64,000 nt of DNA from a bacterium HR35 (GTDB taxonomy: Bacteria; Patescibacteriota; Minisyncoccia; UBA6257; HR35): positions 16,034 through 80,033 of the forward strand of contig BEIL01000001.1 in the NCBI GenBank assembly GCA_002898235.1. Direction: 5' to 3'. The translations under genes were made by a program, and so were the position numbers. Each line of letters opens with the position of its first letter. The stretch's first letter is position 1. A model generated the notes under the pieces. It was not told the DNA's origin and made no database searches. It was given only the letters and a program-made list of their open reading frames with translations. This document shows positions 10,480 through 20,791 of this stretch, piece by piece.

Positions 10480-11700
10480 ATGCTATCAAGATTAAAATAC
10501 ATCATAATTTTTGCTTTGGTTTATTTCTTCTCGCCGAATGGTCTTTCATCTTTACCTAATCTTACTTTAAATTTTCTTTTAAAGGAATCATTAAAATTAA
10601 CTGCTACTCAACTCGCTTATTTTAGTGCTATAACAATTTTAGGTTGGGCGTTAAAACCTTTATGGGGTTTTATTTCTGACTTAATTCCTTTATTTGGTAG
10701 TAAAAGAAAAAATTATTTAATATTATCAAGTTTATTAGCTGCTTTTTGTTGGTTAATTTTAGCTTTAACTTCTAATTATAATGTTTGGTTTTTACTTTTG
10801 ATTTTAACTATTTCATCTTTTGCTTATGCTTTTCAAGATGTAGTTACTGATGCTTTAATGATAGAAATCGGTAAAAAAGAAAATAGATTGTCAGAATTTC
10901 AGTCATTTCAATGGTTAGCAGTTTATATTGCTCAAATAATTACTGGATTTGCTGGAGGTTTAGTAGCAGAAAAATTAAGAGCTCAAACAACTTTTGGAAT
11001 AGCATTTTTATTTCCTTTAATAGTAGCTCTTATTACAATTTTAATTTTAAGAAAAACCGAAGAGGAACCAGTTTTGAGATTTATGGAGTTTAAAAATTCA
11101 TTTAAAGAAGCAGTGTTGAATAAAGAATTTTTATTAGTGAATCTGTTTTTATTTTTATGGAGGTTTTCTCCTTCTTATGGTGCTCCAATGTTCTTTTATC
11201 AAGTAGATGTTTTAAAATTTTCAAAAATATTTTTAGGATCACTTGCCTCACTTAGCGCTATAAGTTCTGCTTTAGGAGCTATTTTCTTTAATTTTATATC
11301 AAAATCAATATCATTAAGAAAACTTTTAATCTTGACCGTAATTTTAGGAGGATTATCTACTTTTTGGAGTTTAATTTATCTCACTTCTTTTGTAAAGAAT
11401 AATTTATTAATTGCAAGAATTTTAGCAATCATTGATAGTTTAGTTTTCGGATTTTTAGGATCCATTTTCTTCTTAACAATGCTAACTTTTGCTGCAGAAA
11501 AAACTAATCCAAAACTTGCAGGTAGCGTTTTTGCTTTTATAACTTCTATTATGAATTTGGGACTTATGGGTTCAGAAGCTTTAGGTGGATATCTTTACTC
11601 AAAAATCGGTTTAGCACCGCTCATTATTGTTTCAGGTTTAACTTCATTAGCAATTTTAATTTTTATCCCCCTTTTAAAGATTGAAAACCAAAAAGCTTAA
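10480..11700 (+). CDS. MFS transporter, BT1 (folate-biopterin)-like
   Basis: WALKPLWGFISDLIPLFG..RK.YL and FQDVVTDALMIE; about 12 TM helices. Confidence 0.8.
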   Translation: MLSRLKYIIIFALVYFFSPNGLSSLPNLTLNFLLKESLKLTATQLAYFSAITILGWALKPLWGFISDLIPLFGSKRKNYLILSSLLAAFCWLILALTSNYNVWFLLLILTISSFAYAFQDVVTDALMIEIGKKENRLSEFQSFQWLAVYIAQIITGFAGGLVAEKLRAQTTFGIAFLFPLIVALITILILRKTEEEPVLRFMEFKNSFKEAVLNKEFLLVNLFLFLWRFSPSYGAPMFFYQVDVLKFSKIFLGSLASLSAISSALGAIFFNFISKSISLRKLLILTVILGGLSTFWSLIYLTSFVKNNLLIARILAIIDSLVFGFLGSIFFLTMLTFAAEKTNPKLAGSVFAFITSIMNLGLMGSEALGGYLYSKIGLAPLIIVSGLTSLAILIFIPLLKIENQKA

Positions 11701-11710
11701 AAAATTCAAG

Positions 11711-11736
11711 TTTTCCACAATTCCAGCTTTTCCACA
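11711..11736 (+). promoter_or_regulatory. Pair of DnaA-box-like nonamers (TTTTCCACA x2)
   Basis: TTTTCCACA at 11711-11719 and 11728-11736, both matching TTWTNCACA, in the intergenic region before the giant gene. Confidence 0.45.
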
Positions 11737-11786
11737 ATTTTATTTTTTTTTAAAAAAATGTCGGTAATAATTTAAATAATTCAAAA

Positions 11787-14700
11787 ATGAAAAGAAAATA
11801 CTTTGGATTAACATTTTTGGTCTTAATTCCTTTGTTTTTTTCCATTTCTCAATCATCTCCTGTTTCTTTAATTAGTTCTTTTCCTAGTTCTGTTAGAGTT
11901 TACGAAAAATTTGAAATTAAATTTAATGTTAATACTGCAGCAGAAAATTATTTTTTTTCTTATGATGAAAATCCTCCTGCTGGAGTAAAACCTAAAATAG
12001 GTGTTAGTGTAGATGGTATTTTTTATCATGTAGAATCTGGAAAAACATATACTCAACCAGCCTTTTGGACAGTTGAAGTTATTCGAAGTGGATCGGGTAG
12101 AAATATGATTTTTGAGGAAACAAATAAATCTTATTGGGTTTTAAGATTTTCTCCACAAAAAACAGGAACTTATAAAGTGTCTATTAGAGTAAAGGATAAA
12201 AATCAAGATGTGACCACTTACATTGGTCAATTTACAGCTTTAACGCCGATTAGAAAAGGATTTATTGGTGTAAGCAAATCAGATCCAAGATACTTTGAAT
12301 TTTCTAACGGAGAATTATACTTTCCTATTGGGCCAGCTTGGTATGATAATAAATCTAGTAATCCGAATGCAAGTTTTGGTTATTCCCAATACATTGGAAC
12401 AGGATTGAATTATGAAAGAATATGGTTAGCTGGCATTGGAGCTTACTCTACTAATTTTGCTCGTTGGATAAGTTCAGCTGAAAGAATGGGTAATGAAGGT
12501 TATATGACTTTATTTGCTTATGATAATGGAACTGGAGAAAAAGTCCCCACCTATGGAGAGCTTTCTTATCCTCTTTTTTATCCAGATGGTTTTAGGTTTT
12601 GGCTAACAACTTGGGGCAATGAAATGTTAGGACCAAGATTGAAAGCTGGTCAAAAATATCGAGTAGAAATTGTTTATAAAACTTCTAATATTTCTGGTCC
12701 AAGAGTTTCTGGTTATCCTTATGGTTTTGTTGTAAAAGCAGGAACTCCTGATATTATGTGGCGCCAACACACGATTAGTGAATTTGAATCTTTTATGAGA
12801 AATTCTCCTAATCAAATTCTCTTTCCTTACGATAATCAAAATCATACTTGGCGAACTGCTACCTATGAATTTACGGCTACTCAAGGCTGGCAAAATATTT
12901 ATCTTTATTTAGATAATGTTTCGAATGGTCAAGTCTATATTTATAAATTTTCAATTAAACCAGTTTTGAGCGATGGTAGTTTAGGCGGTGAAGTTATTAG
13001 AAATCCAATAGCCGACCAACATACTTATGTTGATCCTCGGGGAGCAGCTTTTATTGATTGGTTAGTAGAAGAAGCAGAAAAGGCAGGAGTCTATCTTCAA
13101 TTAGTTGTTCATGATAAAAATGATGCTATTCAAAATAGACTCAAGATGGATGGCACTTGGACAGATATTTTTAAAGGAGATGGATATTACCAACCTGAAA
13201 ATACTAAAGCTAGGTGGCTCTTAAGACAATGGTATAGATATTTAGCAGCTAGGTGGGGATATTCACCAAATATTTTTGCTTGGGAATTAAACAACGAAGG
13301 ACCACCCGATGAAGATCCGCCAGGAAGCGGAACATCCCCTCACTGGAGAACAGCTCAAGCTTTTGCTCAGTTTATGCATACTGTTGATTCTCACCCTCAT
13401 TTAGCTTCTACTTCATTCTGGTGTTGTTGGCGACCTCAATTTTGGGGTAATAATACTTATTTCCCAGATATTAATTATGCCGATGTTCATGAATATACTA
13501 ACAATCCTCAAGTAGCTCCTCAAAATTATACTTATGATGAAGTTTCCTTTATTTACTCTTTAGGAGTTAATACTGCTAAAGATAATGTTGGCAAGCCAGT
13601 TCTTATAGGGGAGCATGGAATTAGTGGAAGCAATTGGATGCCTGTTTCTGAACTTCAACAACCTAATTCTGGTGTTTATTATCACAATATGCTTTGGGCT
13701 CAACTTAATTCTGCTCAAATTTTTGCTCCGGATTATTGGTATTCTGACCATTTGAGATATATTAATCGAGAAGAAATAAGTAAACCATTTGCTAAATTCG
13801 TAAGTAACCTTGATGTAAATAAAGGAGGTTATGTTAATTTGCAAGCCTCTGTTTCTAATTCTAAACTTAGAGTTTTAGGGCAAAAAAATCTTTACCTTAA
13901 TAAAGCTTATGGTTGGATTCAAAATACTGATTATACCTGGTACAACGCTTATCGAAATTACTATACTTATCAATCAGGTCAAGTTAGGATTAAATTAAAT
14001 CCAAATTATGATTATCTAATTGAATGGTGGGATACTTACACTGGAGTTACTTCGACTCAAACTCAAAGAAGCGATTACCAAGGATATGTCACTTTAAATA
14101 TTAATAATCTTAAAACCGATGTTGCTTTCAAAATTTATCCTCTTTCAGGTTCTACTCCTTCTTATCCTCCACTTTCTGTTTCTTGTTCAGCTTCTCCTAA
14201 TCCAGCTAATATCAATCAAACAGTAACCTTTACTGCTTCAGTTTCTGGAGGTACAGGTTCTTATACTTATTCTTGGTCAGGAGCTTGTTCTGGTTCTTCT
14301 TCAACTTGTTCAACTTCCTTCTCTTCAGCTGGAACTTATACTGCTAACTTAACTGTTACTTCAGGTTCAGAAACAAAATCAACTTCTTGTTCAGTAAATG
14401 TTCAAGTTCCTCAACCAGCACCTCTACCAACTGTTGATCTTAAAGTCAATAACTCTGATGGTCCAATTTCGATTACAGTTCCAACTTCAATTACTCTTAG
14501 CTGGACTTCTCAAAATGCTTCCTCTTGTACTGCTTCAGGTTCTTGGTCTGGTTCAAAATCAACTTCAGGTTCTCAATCAATCTCTCTTTCTTCAGCTGGA
14601 ACTTACAATTATACTTTAACTTGCACTAATTCTTCTGGTTCTGCTTCTGATTCAGTAACCGTTAATGCTCAATCAGCATCAATCATAATTAATCAAACAA

Positions 14701-17700
14701 CAACCACTGTTACTAAAGCTTATACGATTTCTAATACTAATCGAGATGCAGAATCAATTGGAACCAGAATCTATACTCTTCCTTCGTCAGCTCCTTGGGG
14801 CCAAATGTATTTAGGTTATGATAGATATACTTCCGGTAAAGTTTACGATGGCGGTTGGATTTTTGAAACTGATATACCCAAAGGAGCTAAAATTGTTTCT
14901 TCAACTTTAACTTTAACAGCTAATTCAGACAACTACGGACCAATTAAACTCACAGGTTATTGGTATGGTTATGCTACTAGTAATCCTCCTGATTTTGTTA
15001 ATGGTTATTCTGGAAAAAGAATCTCCACCATTTATCCTCGAACATCTAATTATGTTTACCAATCGTTTTATGTAGTTAGTCAAGGACAAAAAATTATCTC
15101 CTCTAATTTAGCTAAAATTGTTCAAGAAATAGTAAATAGACCAGACTTTAAGGGAAAAATAGGATTAACTTTTAGAACTACAAATTCAAGCAACGTTTGG
15201 CAATCCTGGATAGATTATTCAGATGATCCAGCAAATTCAGCTATTCTCACAGTAGTTTATGAGGTTACTTCTACTCCTTCTTATCCTCCACTTTCTGTTT
15301 CTTGTTCAGCTTCTCCTAATCCAGCTAATATCAATCAAACAGTAACCTTTACTTCTTCAGTTTCTGGAGGTACAGGTTCTTATACTTATTCTTGGTCAGG
15401 AGCTTGTTCTGGTTCTTCTTCAACTTGTTCAACTTCCTTCTCTTCAGCTGGAACTTATACTGCTAACTTAACTGTTACTTCAGGTTCAGAAACAAAATCA
15501 ACTTCTTGTTCAGTAAATGTTCAAGTTCCTCAACCAGCACCTCTACCAACTGTTGATCTTAAAGTCAATAACTCTGATGGTCCAATTTCGATTACAGTTC
15601 CAACTTCAATTACTCTTAGCTGGACTTCTCAAAATGCTTCCTCTTGTACTGCTTCAGGTTCTTGGTCTGGTTCAAAATCAACTTCAGGTTCTCAATCAAT
15701 CTCTCTTTCTTCAGCTGGAACTTACACCTATACTTTAACTTGCACTAATTCTTCTGGTTCTGCTTCTGATTCAGTGACTGTTAATGCTCAATCAGCACCT
15801 ACACCAACAACGACAACTTTTGAGGAATGGACTCAATTTGCTCATGATCCTATGAGAACCTCCTATACTCCTCAGTTTGTCTCACCTCCTTGGAAATGGA
15901 AATGGAGTTGGAATGGTCCAGATGCTAATGGTAATCCTGTACCAGGTAAATTTAGATTGCCAAGAAACTCTCAACCAATTACTGGAGGGGGAAGAGTTTA
16001 TATAGCTGCTGGTTCAAGAGGAGTTTATGCTCTTAATAATTCAAATGGTTCTGTTATTTGGAATGTAAATCCAGGTGGAGCTCGAATTGATTCAACTCCA
16101 GCTTATGACCCTCAAACAGATGCTCTTTTTGTTCTTTCTTCTAATGGAACACTTTATAAACTTAATGCTAGTAATGGCTCTATTTTAGCTTCTTATTCTT
16201 CAGGACAAACAATTCCTAAAGGAGAAACAAATTTTCAAGACCCTAATCAAACCCTTCCTTTGCCTCCTCTTCTTTACGGAAATAGAGTTTACTTTGTAGC
16301 TGGTACTAAAATGTTTGCTCTTGATAAAAATAATCTTTCGGTTGTTTGGTCCTATGATTCCGGTGGTTCTCCATTTGTTACTCCAGTTGCCTATTCTCCT
16401 TCCTATAATAGATTAGTAGCTGTTACTCGAGATTTATATGTCAATGCTGTTGATGCTAATAGTGGTTCGCTTGTTTGGAGAACTAAACCGACAATAAGAA
16501 ATTATGGTGATCCAGGAGAGAATAATCAAACTTTAGCTCAAGCTGAATATGGCTGGCCTGTTATTGCTGAAAGAACCGGTTTAGTACTAATCAAATATAG
16601 ATTAGATTGGAATGCTCTTTTTAATCCTTTTAGTCCCTGGCCAACTGATAATGCTACCATAAGAGCTGGTTTAGAACAAAATCCTCAATATCAAGCTTTG
16701 TTTGCTTTAAGACTTTCTGATGGTTCAAAAGCTTTTACTGCTAATATTGGTCACGGAGGTTGGGGAGATGGCGGTTATCTACCAATGGGAAATATTCCAG
16801 CAGTTAAAAGCTTTCCCGATGGCTCTGAAGTTGCTTATCTTGTTATCAGAGGTCATCAAGCAATGGATGGTCGTTGGGATTCACTTTACGGAGAATTAGT
16901 CTTAGACAATAGCAATTCCAACTTTCAACCAGGTTATGTTAGATGGATTCAATATGGAAATTATGGTTGGTATAATCCTCCATTAAGCAATATTATGGTA
17001 CCGCCTACTGACGAACAACCTTATGTCATTATAGCTGGTAATTATTTATTCGGAGGTCACTGGATATTAGGTCAAGCTTTAGAAATAAAAGACCGCTCTT
17101 CTAATCTTGGCACTTATACTAACCCAATTAAATCAGCACCTCTTCCACATATTGTTGAATCAACTAATTTAGTACCTTACAATAGTTCTCATTATTCAGA
17201 TAGTATGATTGCTGCTACTGCTGGAGGAACTGAGTGGCGAGCTGTTCCTTATGGTTTTTACATTTATAACGATTCAGTTGGAAAAATTTATGATCAATAT
17301 TGGTCTGGTTATGCTACTTGGATAGTTAGCAATAATACTATTTACTTTCTTTCTACTGATGGAGCTTTAGTAGCTTTGGAGCAAGGTAATCCCACCCAAT
17401 TAACCGAAACAAGAAAAATCGTAATAAACGAAAATCTAATAAAAAACATTTCTTCTCTTGCTTCCCGTTTATTAGCACAAATTTCTCCTTCTAAACCTAT
17501 AGAAATTCAACCAGAAGATATATCTAAAAATTTTACTGAACTTTTAAATAAAGAAGTACTTTTAAGAGGAAAAATAATAAAAGTGGTTGCTAACCATCAT
17601 GGAACATTTATAAAACTCCACCAAACTCCGTATTCACCAACAATAATCATCAAACCTGATGTTTATTCTGAATTTTCAAAACCACCTTTTGAAATTTTCA

Positions 17701-17798
17701 AACCAGGAATGAATATTAAAGTAAAAGGAATATTGACTTATTATCGCGGAGATCCAGCAATTTATATAACCAATCCATCTCAAATTCTTTCCGAATAA
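11787..17798 (+). CDS. Giant secreted modular protein: DUF5060-like + clan-A glycoside hydrolase-like + duplicated PKD/Ig modules + PQQ-type beta-propeller + C-terminal OB-fold-like domain
   Basis: Signal peptide; WVLRFSP..GTYKV; AWELNNE (acid/base) and VLIGEHG (nucleophile); PKD-like SVSGGTGSYTYSW..AGTYTANLTVT; WTQFAHDPMRT and YALN..GSVIW propeller repeats. Confidence 0.75.
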   Translation: MKRKYFGLTFLVLIPLFFSISQSSPVSLISSFPSSVRVYEKFEIKFNVNTAAENYFFSYDENPPAGVKPKIGVSVDGIFYHVESGKTYTQPAFWTVEVIRSGSGRNMIFEETNKSYWVLRFSPQKTGTYKVSIRVKDKNQDVTTYIGQFTALTPIRKGFIGVSKSDPRYFEFSNGELYFPIGPAWYDNKSSNPNASFGYSQYIGTGLNYERIWLAGIGAYSTNFARWISSAERMGNEGYMTLFAYDNGTGEKVPTYGELSYPLFYPDGFRFWLTTWGNEMLGPRLKAGQKYRVEIVYKTSNISGPRVSGYPYGFVVKAGTPDIMWRQHTISEFESFMRNSPNQILFPYDNQNHTWRTATYEFTATQGWQNIYLYLDNVSNGQVYIYKFSIKPVLSDGSLGGEVIRNPIADQHTYVDPRGAAFIDWLVEEAEKAGVYLQLVVHDKNDAIQNRLKMDGTWTDIFKGDGYYQPENTKARWLLRQWYRYLAARWGYSPNIFAWELNNEGPPDEDPPGSGTSPHWRTAQAFAQFMHTVDSHPHLASTSFWCCWRPQFWGNNTYFPDINYADVHEYTNNPQVAPQNYTYDEVSFIYSLGVNTAKDNVGKPVLIGEHGISGSNWMPVSELQQPNSGVYYHNMLWAQLNSAQIFAPDYWYSDHLRYINREEISKPFAKFVSNLDVNKGGYVNLQASVSNSKLRVLGQKNLYLNKAYGWIQNTDYTWYNAYRNYYTYQSGQVRIKLNPNYDYLIEWWDTYTGVTSTQTQRSDYQGYVTLNINNLKTDVAFKIYPLSGSTPSYPPLSVSCSASPNPANINQTVTFTASVSGGTGSYTYSWSGACSGSSSTCSTSFSSAGTYTANLTVTSGSETKSTSCSVNVQVPQPAPLPTVDLKVNNSDGPISITVPTSITLSWTSQNASSCTASGSWSGSKSTSGSQSISLSSAGTYNYTLTCTNSSGSASDSVTVNAQSASIIINQTTTTVTKAYTISNTNRDAESIGTRIYTLPSSAPWGQMYLGYDRYTSGKVYDGGWIFETDIPKGAKIVSSTLTLTANSDNYGPIKLTGYWYGYATSNPPDFVNGYSGKRISTIYPRTSNYVYQSFYVVSQGQKIISSNLAKIVQEIVNRPDFKGKIGLTFRTTNSSNVWQSWIDYSDDPANSAILTVVYEVTSTPSYPPLSVSCSASPNPANINQTVTFTSSVSGGTGSYTYSWSGACSGSSSTCSTSFSSAGTYTANLTVTSGSETKSTSCSVNVQVPQPAPLPTVDLKVNNSDGPISITVPTSITLSWTSQNASSCTASGSWSGSKSTSGSQSISLSSAGTYTYTLTCTNSSGSASDSVTVNAQSAPTPTTTTFEEWTQFAHDPMRTSYTPQFVSPPWKWKWSWNGPDANGNPVPGKFRLPRNSQPITGGGRVYIAAGSRGVYALNNSNGSVIWNVNPGGARIDSTPAYDPQTDALFVLSSNGTLYKLNASNGSILASYSSGQTIPKGETNFQDPNQTLPLPPLLYGNRVYFVAGTKMFALDKNNLSVVWSYDSGGSPFVTPVAYSPSYNRLVAVTRDLYVNAVDANSGSLVWRTKPTIRNYGDPGENNQTLAQAEYGWPVIAERTGLVLIKYRLDWNALFNPFSPWPTDNATIRAGLEQNPQYQALFALRLSDGSKAFTANIGHGGWGDGGYLPMGNIPAVKSFPDGSEVAYLVIRGHQAMDGRWDSLYGELVLDNSNSNFQPGYVRWIQYGNYGWYNPPLSNIMVPPTDEQPYVIIAGNYLFGGHWILGQALEIKDRSSNLGTYTNPIKSAPLPHIVESTNLVPYNSSHYSDSMIAATAGGTEWRAVPYGFYIYNDSVGKIYDQYWSGYATWIVSNNTIYFLSTDGALVALEQGNPTQLTETRKIVINENLIKNISSLASRLLAQISPSKPIEIQPEDISKNFTELLNKEVLLRGKIIKVVANHHGTFIKLHQTPYSPTIIIKPDVYSEFSKPPFEIFKPGMNIKVKGILTYYRGDPAIYITNPSQILSE
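14150..14678 (+). repeat. 529-bp direct repeat, copy 1 (PKD + Ig module)
   Basis: Near-identical to 15269-15797 (offset 1119 bp); about 5 substitutions seen. Confidence 0.95.
15269..15797 (+). repeat. 529-bp direct repeat, copy 2
   Basis: Near-identical to 14150-14678. Confidence 0.95.
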
Positions 17799-17880
17799 AA
17801 AAATAGTTGTACTCTAAAAATCAAAATTTTGATTGATATTATATTATTCATTTAAAATTTGTTAAAATTTAATTGAACAA

Positions 17881-20322
17881 ATGCCTCAAAATTATAAGGA
17901 AAAATTTTATGGGATATTAGAGGATATGTTTGTGGGAGATGCTGAGATAGAAGGTGGCGGAGGTTTTATTAATCTTTTAAAAATTAAGAAAAATTACTAT
18001 CAAAAAGCTTTTAAACCAAAACTTGAAGAAAAAGTAAATGAGGTTTTAAACAAATATCCAAATTTTGAAACAGAGCTTTTCGAAAAATTTTATACTTTCT
18101 TCTCTCGTTATTTTTCAGAATCAGGCTCAATTTATTTTGTTAATACTCCAGTATATCATCAAATTTATGAAAAAATTTACACCGACAAAGAAGATGTTAT
18201 TTTGTTCTGGAAGACAAGAGATCTTTATTACATTAAAACAGATAGAATCTTCAAAACTTTAGAAATTGAAATAGATAATTATAAATTTTATTTTGATGTC
18301 TCTAAACTTGAATACAAAAAAGCAAACGAAAAAAGAGAAGTAATTTATAAACTTGATGAAGAAAAAACAACAAAGGATAAAATTTATTTTTATGTTTATT
18401 ATTCAGAAAAAGGAAAAACAACAAAAATTGATGAGATATTAAAAGCACTCAAAAAGAAAAACATAAAAATTAATGAAGATATTTTAGAAAAAGCATTTAG
18501 AAGATTTGAACAACAATCAGAAGTAGATTATTTTATTCATAAAAACGCAAAAACCTTCTTAACAGAACAATTAAAACTTTACATTTATAACTATCTCTTT
18601 AAAGAAACTCAAGAATGGACAAGTGAAAGAATTGACCAAATAAATAAATTCAAAGAAACCGCTGAACTTATAATTGACTTTGTTTCAAAATTTGAAGATG
18701 AATTAGTTAAAATCTGGAATAAACCGAGATTTGTTTTAAATTCAAATTATGTAATAACTCTTGATAGAATAGTTAAACAAAATAAACAAAAAGGAATTGA
18801 AATTATAGAAAAAATAATTAATCATAAAAACTTTAATGAACAAGTGAAAGAATGGAAAGAACTTGGAATTATTGATGAAAATTTTAATAAAAATGAAATT
18901 ATTAAAAATGACTTAACAGGAGAAAATTTAAATCCAAAATATCAATTCTTACCAATTGATACAAAATACTTTAAAGATTTAGAAATTGAAATTTTAGAAC
19001 TTTTTGATGATTTAGATAATTCTCTTGATGGCTGGTTAATAAAAAGTGAAAATTATCAAGCATTAAATACAATCCTTCCAAAATTTAAAGAAAAAGTCCA
19101 AACAATTTATATCGATCCACCATTTAACAAAGAGCAAGATGCTGATTATCTATATAATGTCAAATACAAAGATTCTACCTGGATAACATTACTTGAAAAC
19201 AGATTAACATTAGCAAAAGATATATTAAAAGATACAGGAAGCATTTTTGTAAGATGTGATTATAACGGCAATATGTATGTAAGATTGTTGATGAATGAAA
19301 TTTTTGGAGAAGAGAATTTTAGAAATGAGATAGTGATAGCAAAAACTAAAGAGTTTTTTAAAACTATGACGCATATAAACAAGTTTTCTGAAGAATCTGA
19401 AAGCCTATTTTTCTTTTCAAAAACTTCTAATTTGCTATTTAATCTTGTTTACAGACAAAAAGAAGTACCTTCTAAATATGAACCTTTTCTGCCTGTAGGA
19501 GATAAAACATATCAAGATTCTAGAATTATTGATGGAAAAGAATATTATTCTCCTAAAGGAAGAAAATGGGGAGTGAAACAGGAAGATATTGATGAGTTAG
19601 TTAAAAGTGGGAGATTAATTTTTGAAAATGGTAAATGGTATTTAATTACATATGAAGAACCTCTAAAAAATGTTTGGACTGACAAACAAGGATATTCAAG
19701 ATATTGGAAATTTCCTACCGAAAACTCCGAAATCCTCCTCAAGCGTGTAATTGAATCCACTTCTAACGAAGGCGATTTAGTTATGGATTTCTTTTTAGGA
19801 AGTGGTACAACAACAGCAGTAGCACATAAACTTAAAAGAAAATGGATTGGTGTTGAGATGGGAGAGCATTTTTATAGTGTAGCTTTGCCAAGAATGAAAA
19901 AAGTTTTGGCTTATGATAAATCAGGAATTTCAAAAGAAAAAGATGTTAAAGAAAAATACAATGAAAATAATGCTGGAGGATTTTTCAAGTATTATGAACT
20001 TGAACAATATGAAGAAATTTTAAGAAAAGCAAAATATCAAGATATAAATGAGCCTAAAACATTATTTGATAAAGATTTTAATTACATTTTTATGCCTGAT
20101 GAAAAAATGTTATCAGCATTAGAAATTGATTACCAGAATAATAAAGTAAAAATTGATTTAAATAAAATTTATCCAAACATTGACATTGCTGAAACATTAT
20201 CAAACTTAAAAGGGAAATGGATAAAGAAAATTGCGAAAGATTATGTTGAATTTGAAGATGGAGAGAAGATAGATTTAAATAATTTAGATTTAAGGTCAAT
20301 TAAAAAATTAATATGGTGGTGA
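17881..20322 (+). CDS. mod: Type III restriction-modification methyltransferase (Mod)
   Basis: IYIDPPFN (motif IV) precedes DFFLGSGTT (motif I), i.e. beta-class amino-MTase; res helicase lies downstream. Confidence 0.9.
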   Translation: MPQNYKEKFYGILEDMFVGDAEIEGGGGFINLLKIKKNYYQKAFKPKLEEKVNEVLNKYPNFETELFEKFYTFFSRYFSESGSIYFVNTPVYHQIYEKIYTDKEDVILFWKTRDLYYIKTDRIFKTLEIEIDNYKFYFDVSKLEYKKANEKREVIYKLDEEKTTKDKIYFYVYYSEKGKTTKIDEILKALKKKNIKINEDILEKAFRRFEQQSEVDYFIHKNAKTFLTEQLKLYIYNYLFKETQEWTSERIDQINKFKETAELIIDFVSKFEDELVKIWNKPRFVLNSNYVITLDRIVKQNKQKGIEIIEKIINHKNFNEQVKEWKELGIIDENFNKNEIIKNDLTGENLNPKYQFLPIDTKYFKDLEIEILELFDDLDNSLDGWLIKSENYQALNTILPKFKEKVQTIYIDPPFNKEQDADYLYNVKYKDSTWITLLENRLTLAKDILKDTGSIFVRCDYNGNMYVRLLMNEIFGEENFRNEIVIAKTKEFFKTMTHINKFSEESESLFFFSKTSNLLFNLVYRQKEVPSKYEPFLPVGDKTYQDSRIIDGKEYYSPKGRKWGVKQEDIDELVKSGRLIFENGKWYLITYEEPLKNVWTDKQGYSRYWKFPTENSEILLKRVIESTSNEGDLVMDFFLGSGTTTAVAHKLKRKWIGVEMGEHFYSVALPRMKKVLAYDKSGISKEKDVKEKYNENNAGGFFKYYELEQYEEILRKAKYQDINEPKTLFDKDFNYIFMPDEKMLSALEIDYQNNKVKIDLNKIYPNIDIAETLSNLKGKWIKKIAKDYVEFEDGEKIDLNNLDLRSIKKLIWW

Positions 20323-20326
20323 GAGG

Positions 20327-20791
20327 ATGAGCGAGGTTTTAAAAATAATTTTAAATAGTATCTTGCCATCTGTTTTGCTTTTTATATTATATAAATTTTT
20401 TGAAGAATTTATTTTAAAACCGTATCTAGAATATAAAAAAATACTAGCTAAAGTTGATCATTATTTAAAGTTTTATAATAATATAATTTTTAATATTAAT
20501 CCTCCTAACAGAATTAAAGCATATGAACCATTGCCTGAAGATTGGATAAAAGCAAAAGAAACATTTAGAAATTTATCGTGTGAGTTAGAATCTCATTATA
20601 AATCTATGATATGTAAATTATTTTTACCTAAAAAGGAGAATATATATACTTCAATAAAAGACTTGATGATATTATCAAATATAATCGGCATAGCCAATGA
20701 TTACAAAGGAAATTACCAAGAAAAAGCAATTCGATTAGAAGAGGAAATTAGGCGTTGTTTAAAAATACCTCAAATAAATAATGAAAAATAA
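20327..20791 (+). CDS. Hypothetical protein with an N-terminal TM helix
   Basis: 154-aa ORF tightly packed between mod and the next gene; no motif recognised. Confidence 0.6.
   Translation: MSEVLKIILNSILPSVLLFILYKFFEEFILKPYLEYKKILAKVDHYLKFYNNIIFNINPPNRIKAYEPLPEDWIKAKETFRNLSCELESHYKSMICKLFLPKKENIYTSIKDLMILSNIIGIANDYKGNYQEKAIRLEEEIRRCLKIPQINNEK

Noticed and set aside
14150-15797. 529-bp repeat pair as a DGR template/variable repeat
   Set aside because: The few differences are not adenine-specific (G/T, T/C and C/T included), both copies are in-frame coding modules, and there is no reverse transcriptase in the window
17819-17834. 16-bp palindrome AATCAAAATTTTGATT upstream of mod as an R-M controller operator
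   Set aside because: Almost all A/T, so plausible by chance here, and no controller gene is adjacent
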